Source: Balanoglossus misakiensis
Lineage: Eukaryota > Animalia > Hemichordata
Length of the DNA stretch: 64,000 bases
Direction of reading: 5' to 3'
NCBI GenBank assembly: GCA_040954595.2
Contig: CM082584.2
Coordinates: 9,753,061-9,817,060 of the forward strand
Both the position numbers and the translations under genes were made by a program. Under the pieces are notes generated by a model. The model made no database searches. It had not been told where the DNA came from and saw nothing but the letters and a program-made list of their open reading frames with translations. Shown in pieces: positions 56,305-64,000 of the stretch (positions are counted from its first letter, which is position 1; the number at the start of each line of letters is the position of its first letter).

Positions 56305-57853
56305 TCAACGACGTCTCAAAGACACAATTTGAATTGACAGATCTGTTATCTGTGTGCAAAGAAAAAAATGATAGGCCAGATTTTTATCCAGATGACATCA
56401 GAGAAGGAGACATCACGAAGGAGAGGAATTGACATCGATGATTTTGCAAGCAACATTATATTTTTAAAAGGCAAGGCGGACAAAGTGGTCATGTGACACT
56501 CACCACTGACGCTGCCCTCGGTGTCCTGATACGGTTTCAACTCCAGATACATGGCTTGTAGCAAGTGGATGTAGTCCAGTGCTGACCTGAGAATGTCAAG
56601 GTGACCCATCCCGTCTACACCTGGGTCGTTAAATAAAACGAAATACAGAAGTCATATAGATGCATACCTGTGGACAACATTCACCAAAAGCTAGTTGATT
56701 TATCTGATATCAGAAAAAACAACTTTTCATATTCTGTCTTCTGGATGTCATCAAAGTAAATAGGCAATAGAGACTTCCAATATACTTATTTTTTTTTATC
56801 ATTTGATGGATTTTGATGAACAAATTTACCTCCTGGAAAAGTTACAGTAATGGAATCTGGTAACTTTAACTTCAGTTTTTCAAATGCTCTCTCCAAGATT
56901 TCATTTCTTTTCTTCTCGCGATGTTCTCTGAGTTCTTTTTCCCAGTCAAGGTCCGCTCTCAGATCAGAGCGGGCTTTCCTGAATGGATTGAAGCCTGGTG
57001 CACAAGGGGACGGGAAAGGGGAACTCTCACAACTCTCTCCTGATTGGTGGCCACTATCTGATGATGTCAGAGAAGATGAATCTTCCACGTAGTGCCTGTG
57101 TAAGTGCGGTGGCACTGTTTCACATGCATTTCTGTGCTGCGCGTACAGAGGGCGCTCTAGCCCAGCGCCAACTAAGCAAGGTGGCTGATGATGAAGAACC
57201 TCGGGATGCGGCCACGCTGTCATCAATGGACGGTTGTCGCTCATCAGTTGTGGCTGGACAGAGCCAGACATATAATTTCTTGCTTGGTATGGATCGCCAG
57301 CGCCCAGCTGATCACTCTGGAAGCTGCTAGGATTAATTTGCGGTAACTGGTCTGGCATAGCTGTCGAGGCCGATTGTGATTGGCCGATACTGTTCACAGC
57401 CTGCAATGTGTTGTCCGAACTTGGTTGGTTGAGGTCTGACCACATGTCTACATGATTGTAAGAAAAGAAGAATACATAGAGTGGTCTATGCAGCATTTAT
57501 TTACAGAAATTAAGAACACCAAATCAGTGTATGTGCCTGTTGAAACGGGTTTACCCGAGTTCCTGTAGCCACACCAAAACTTCACTACTTCCATAGACTG
57601 AAGAGTTGTATTGCAAGGCAGTGGTGCACTAGTTGCCTTGGTATTTTGGGGATTTTTACATTTTTCCTATTTGAAAATATTTAAGTAGAATGCTTTTTCT
57701 CAGATGAATTGAATGGAACCCAATTCTGCTCTCTTACCTTCAGTGGTGAAATTATTTAGACCATCCAAGTAATCATTATCTAAGTGATCATCACCAAGGT
57801 AACAAGTCACCATATCCTGGTGGCCATTTTCTTGTGATCCTGCTGATAGAATT
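56305..57853 (-). CDS. Divergent class-A-like bHLH transcription factor; 5' end uncertain
   Basis: Exons 57738-57853, 56830-57447 (REHREKKRNEILERAFEKLKLKLP), 56504-56620 (MGHLDILRSALDYIHLLQ) and probably 56305-56342. Basic-helix1 and helix2 are split by a phase-1 intron in the loop. A possible upstream exon lies at about 58057-58283. Confidence 0.72.
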
Positions 57854-60226
57854 CTGCACACACAAATCAACATTGCAATATGTAATACATGTACTAGCAA
57901 GAAAAGGGTTCAATAAGACCACATCCTCGTGCAAAAGGTTTAAGGACTGGTAGTGACGAAGATCGATTGGAGAAGTACTGTATATTATGCATAACCCTTG
58001 TAGTAAAACGTGTCGTGAAAATGTGTATACTGTAATCATAAAGTAGTCGGGTTTACTGTATCTCGTAATGGTAAAATAAATGAGTTGTTTCAATCCGAAC
58101 TTCTTCGACATGTGCTCGATATATCAGCAATAATCGTTTTATGGACGTAAACGTCGGAGTAATACTGAGTCTACCCCGACGCGATGCGACATGCGCTCTC
58201 CCTTCTGGAAATAAAATTTTCCCCGAGTCAAGCTTTGCTAACATTCTCATAGTTTCAAGTTTGTACGAATCGAGATGGGACATTCGAGTGCGCTGCTCAA
58301 ACCTGAAAAGAAGTGTCGAGAACTGAAATTAAACCCCTTCTCATTACAGAAAATCATCATTACCATTCTCCAAAGGTTAGCCGTAGCTTTGGTTAAGAGT
58401 GAATGATGTTTCTCCCGTCTCTCCGTGAATTTTACTGGATAGAAAAAGCATTTTCAAGTATTTTCCTTGAAAATACTTGACAACGTTTATTTTACAATGC
58501 AGGGGCCAGGGCTTGCGGCACTTTGCGTGTTACTGTGTATTGAAAAGCACCAACCCTGGAGTAGTGATTCACGGCTTGCTCACGCATAATGGTCAAAAAC
58601 AGTAAGAAATCTCTCGAAAGAAGTTGTTGACTAAAATTGACCTGCGATTTCCCGATGCCAAAGCTTTTTAAATACTTGTTGTGATCATTCTTTTCACTTC
58701 AACTTGCAGTTGCACACCGGGCCCGGGCACACCACGTAAAATCCCGTCATATGATGACATCATCAGTGAGTGTTCGCATGGTGTGTTCTAGAAAATAAAA
58801 TACCACCGTGCGCGTTCATCTTTTCAACAATATTTATCATTTTTTGACAGCATGCAATTAATAAAAACATCTATACCTCTGCATGTTGCATGAATCAAAA
58901 GCAGGTCCCGTTATTGCAGACTCTGGCTCCCTTTCTTCACCTGGGAAAATTGGATCATCCGCCATCTTTGTTTTCGCCAGACTAATTTTTTTGCTGATTT
59001 CACCAATTTAGATAAGCTCGAACCGGCCACCAATCAGCAATGGGGTGAAAGTAACGAAAAGTCGTCAAACTTGATACTTAGTTGGTGTCGGTTGCGAATT
59101 TGAGTGATGATGAAATTCGAGTGTTGCTAATCCGTCCAGAGGCATAATATGGCGGCATTGGCAGTCTCTCAGTGGCGCACACCTGCAGCCTGAGGCCTGA
59201 ACGAAACCCCCCGCGTGGTATTGACTAAATTGTAGCAAAATCGCAACCATGATAGTTGGTGGCACGTGTTGCGGTTAACCAACGGGTGATTTACATTTTC
59301 ACACGTATTAAACGTTTGTAAAGACATTTCTTTTGACTCGAGGGAGGTCTGAAAGATTGTGACTGAGTCGAAATTTTACACCCAATGTCACCAACCATGC
59401 ACCCTAGAGTCTATGCCCCAACCTTATTTTCCACCTACTGATTACACATCTTTTACTATCTCTTCTTGATGCCACAGTTTACGTATGCCAGCATGCATAG
59501 TGAAAAATCGACATGGAAATATACAAGTGTATGTTTCAAAAGCGTTTGAATGTCTCTCTTGTTTCAGTTTGGATAATAAGGCCCGACGTCAGAAATCCAA
59601 AGCTTTCGCCCGTCTTGTTTCAGGTGAGAAATTCACACTATAAGTCTAGAAGTGGTAGAAAAGCCGTTGATCATTTTTCATTTTATAGTATCTTCAAAAT
59701 TTTACATATATCTCCGGGTCTTTTTTATGGAAAAGCTAGAGTTTAGAGAACTAATTTCGCCAAGTGAAGTTTATTTAAACGCAGTCGGAACCCCGGCCCA
59801 CATTAAACTTATTTAAAAAAGAACTCAGATGGCGCTATTTTCTGATTTCTGTGTGCAAAAGGCCTATATCTACCTAGTTTAAACTAGTCTGTGTACGCCC
59901 TAGGCACAGAAAACGCGTGACAGGATTTAACATATGCGTATCGACAGCTATAGCCGTTCCATATGGAATTTAAAACAGTTTGCGTGTAAAAACAATCCAC
60001 GTTGCTGCACTCTGATTGGTTACCTTACCAGACACACATATTCATTTGTATAGTCTGAGTGTTATACCTTGTGCCCTGGCATACTTTATTGGCTAGTGGA
60101 GGGCAAAATTAGTCATCGCCGTCGTCAACGGTTTCGAGTAGCTAGCTACAGAGGTCACGTCAGGGACACCTGTGATGGGATGCACGGATGTACACGGCAA
60201 TCGTGAATTGTAATTAAACATCTCAA

Positions 60227-63200
60227 ATGGAGTCCCAGATCGTGTTCAATCCAGTAGCCTGGATTGCCACCGCCGTTGTACTGTTACTGACGACATGGTG
60301 GTTCCTCCTCCTCCGCCGCCGTCGACGCAAGCTGCCTCCGTTACCGCCGGGGCCAGGGTATTGGCCGCTGCCGTGGCTGCAGTTTCACTGGAGCGAGATG
60401 CCGGCGGCCAGGTGCGCGCAGTGGTCCGCGAAATACGGAGACGTGTTTCGGATCCGACTTGGTACTAAACAGGTGGTTGTCCTGAGCGGCTCTGAAGTGG
60501 TCAGGGAATGCTTCGTCAAACAAGAGTCGACGTTCTCTGAACGACCCGATTCCTGGCCATTAACAAGGCTCAATAAGGGCCTAGGTGAGCCACATGTTTA
60601 AAGTTTAATATTTCAGTTTGCCAAGACTGACGTTTCATGATGATTGCTCATAAAAATTCTACTCGCGACAAATAAACGAAAAATTCGACTAGTCTTACGT
60701 TATTTACGAGTTTGGTTGTTCGCGGTCCGAAGTACGGCAATTAAAGTTCGGCTTACGTGCGTTTAGTTCACCAAGGCACGTATGCATTCATGCCTCGCAT
60801 CACGATGGACCCGTCGACAGGAATTTAAAATACGCTTAAATGATTTTTTTTAGGAAATCGATGTGCGGTTACTTGACCTTTGCTCTCTCAACCAACAGAC
60901 AGCGTTGTCAAGTAAAACACAGAGCATTTGGTTTGATTTATACCAAAGTTACATACGAATATAATTTATAAGCTATATATAATACATGTATAGGCTATTA
61001 ATGCCTATATTTATTCAAATCGAAACAGACGTAAGTATGTATAAAATGTATACCAATGTTTTGTTTTAGAAATACAAAATGCTTTAGGAAAATTTCAAGT
61101 GGTTGGCAATATCCAGTTTTTCAGGGCAAGTTTCAATTATAGAATAAGTACAGTGTTTACCCAATTTGGTTGTGAATGTGCAGTGTTTGCCTTTCTGTCG
61201 TCTGACATACATGCCCACGGTGATTGCCAGGTTGTGTGCACATTCAAATATGACCTGTCTCTCTCTCAATCTTTCAACTTTCAATGACACATTTACGACG
61301 TCAATAACTCTGGGTTTGATGGTAAGATATGAGTAGACACACGTCCACATAACAGCGAGGCAGCAGATCAGTTCGGTCGACACGTACACTCCGTTGAAGC
61401 GCACTAACGGTTCCTCCACAACCGTGGTTGAAGTTAATCAATCACCAACTGACACATGTTGACCAGAACGCGTAAGAGAACCTCTCGACACACGTTTTTG
61501 TATTAACCTGTACCGCACCTGTCAATATAGTTATGTGTAAAACTCGAAATTGGCCTTAAGACAAAAATATTAAAATTATTGTACGTAGCTTACTATTCAC
61601 CAATAAGGGATGTCAACAAAATAGCTAAATTATTAGCAATCAAATTTTTAGCTTATTTACATGTGTCTAATCAAAAGGTCTATAATAAATATTATATACA
61701 ACATCTTGTTGCAGACTATTTCGAGGTATATTTTACCGATGAAATTGCTATAATTAGTAATGTGATTTGCCAGCTCTTGGTCGACACATGTGTGACTGAT
61801 ATATTTTAACAACTCCTGTCTTCTTTGGGTGCTGTTATTTTAGCATCGCATCTGTGTTTATAAATGGCCAGTAATCAATAACACGCCACGCCTGTAAAAC
61901 ATTCCTCGGGAACTGCGTGTATGTATGATTCACCCGTCTGTGACTGCATGTATATGCCGTGATGTATTTGCGTATAGAAGAGAAGGAGACAGACAGAAAG
62001 ATAGCCAGTCATCCAGCCAGCAAGTAGAGCAGGCAGGACATGAGTGACAGGAATACAGACGTCAGAGATGTCAAATTAAATGTCAACACCGTCTCGTACA
62101 CACCTTTATTGCTCATGATCTCTGTGTACAAGATGTCCCTAAAGAGCGGTGATTGCGTGCATGCCACGCTAATAAACCCACGATGTGTATTCTGTATTTC
62201 ATCCGCACCATCTACATGTACAATGTGCCACATTCTGCATGAACGCCTTTCACTTATAACCAAATCACGAATGATAAGTGGTTGTTAGATTTAGCCGTTG
62301 TTTATATGATTTTGAGTCTACCTTACATGTTGAGTTTATTTCCAAAACAGTTTATTTATAAATGAGATGTAACATATGTTTTAAACATTGATGTAATTTA
62401 TCAGTCGGTTTAAATAGCAGAGTGCATGTGTATTCATCTAAATTTTGTCTGGAGAGAGCACTGGCAGGCCACAGATATTTAATTTTTCACTTTCTTTTTT
62501 CCAGATCATCTTTGTTGTCAAATCAGATTTTGTCTTTCGATAAGTATATCATTACCGCGTGATTATTCTCCTTTCAGCTGAGCACAGAATGACAAAAGAG
62601 GCAATTTCATTCGTCATTGATAATCCACACCTTATTAGCTACCGCTTGTTCGCGGTGCCTAGGATCTTTTCTATGTTATTAAAGGACATGACCTTTTCTG
62701 GCTTATATCTTTTCAATTTAAAACCATTTGTTTGTGATCACTACTTATGTCGGCTACATATATCTATTTCATTTCTTATAAAAAGCATATTATAGCATTT
62801 GTTGCTATAATGCGAGTAATTTCTACGATTTAAGTTTAATAATAATTTCTCTTGTATTTCAGCGCTGGCTACTAGAAACTACGACAAAATGTGGAAACGT
62901 CAGCGAGCCTTCACTTTAAACGTCCACCGCAACATCGGCGTCGGCAACAATCTCAATTTGGAAGAAATTATCAAATCAGAAGTGACCCTGTTCGCCAACG
63001 CCATCGGTGAACTCCAGGGCGAAGCCTTTCCGCCGGACCTGTACCTCGCAAAAGCCGCTGTGAACATATTATCTGCCATATTGTTCGGCAGTCGCTACGA
63101 TTACGGGGATGCTAAATTGGAAGAGCTCGTCCGCAGTTTGCTGGACATCCACGCGCTGATCAAGAAAAGCGAGGCGCTGTTCACGTATGCGCCGCTTTCG

Positions 63201-63855
63201 TGGCACGTTCTCTTGTGCCGGCGGAGACGTCTGCGTCGGTCGTACGAAAGTCTCCTGAAGTCGCTCTCGGTCCTCGCTGAAGAGCACAAGCAGACACCCG
63301 CCGCCGGAAAGATGAGGCACGCCTACGATCTGTACACCCGCGAGGTTGCAAAGCAAGAGGCGGGCGAGCGCAGCATCTTCGAGGAGGACGCCAACCCGGA
63401 CGACAGCCTCCTCCACAACCTCGCAGAATATTTCTACGCAGGCGCCGTCTCCATGGCGAAAATCCTAGAAACGGTGTTCGTGCAGATGGTGGACCGACCG
63501 GACATCCAGAAGAGGGTCAGAAAAGAGATCAAAGAAGTGAAATTTCTGAACGGACACAGAACCCCCACCGTGGAGGACATCGAAAATTCGCAATTCAGCT
63601 ATGCAACCATTCTGGAGGTTCTCAGACTTTACCCGCTGGAGCCACTCGGTTGGCCCAGGTGCACCACGCAGCCAGGTGAAATCAACGGATACGCAGTTCA
63701 ACGAGGAACCATAATCCTCACCAACACACGAGCCATCCACCGCGATTGCAGGTACTGGGCAAACCCCGAAGAGTTCAATCCAGAGAGATTTATTGACAGA
63801 TCGACGTGGAGAGTGAAGGTGGCGGAGACACCCGCCTTCATACCATGGTCTGTGG
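60227..63855 (+). CDS. Cytochrome P450, clan 2 (CYP1/2/17-like); partial, heme-Cys exon lies beyond the window
   Basis: Exon 60227-60584 (TM anchor, RRRRRK, PPGPGYWP, KYGDVF, FSERP); exon 62863-63855 (WKRQR, EVLR, PERF, FIPWSVG|gtaag). Confidence 0.93.
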
Positions 63856-64000
63856 GTAAGTCAACATTGTCCCTGCATATCCCAGACACCAGTCTTCTGA
63901 TATTGTAGAACAGAGAAAGTATGGATGAAGATAATGTGGTTGGATAATCAGAAAGATTGAATATACAATGTACAAATGTATTCCATCGACATTAACAAAT

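Noticed and set aside
58454-58480. 12-bp inverted repeat TCAAGTATTTTC-ctt-GAAAATACTTGA
   Set aside because: Isolated AT-rich hairpin with no TSD or other context; function unsupported

Overview
This is intron-containing animal genomic DNA, most likely an invertebrate deuterostome such as a hemichordate (inferred from gene content and style). From left to right: a 10-exon TESK-family kinase (minus strand, C-terminus runs off the left edge); a cluster of five CD225/dispanin (IFITM/PRRT-like) genes, three on minus and two on plus; an orphan 223-aa gene with a single coding exon; a compact housekeeping block (ATP5F1D, UQCRH, CLCC1, UROD); a divergent bHLH gene; and the 5' part of an atypical clan-2 cytochrome P450. 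The most striking element is a 4.2-kb LTR retroelement (33149-37343) with identical 172-bp LTRs, a 4-bp AGAC target-site duplication, a tRNA-Ser-like PBS and a PPT. It sits inside a coding exon of one dispanin gene. Its single ORF is a Gag-protease with no RT, RNase H or integrase, and it begins with a ComEA-like helix-hairpin-helix domain followed by a PPPY late-domain motif. All exon boundaries were read by eye from GT-AG sites and frame continuity; no database searches were run.
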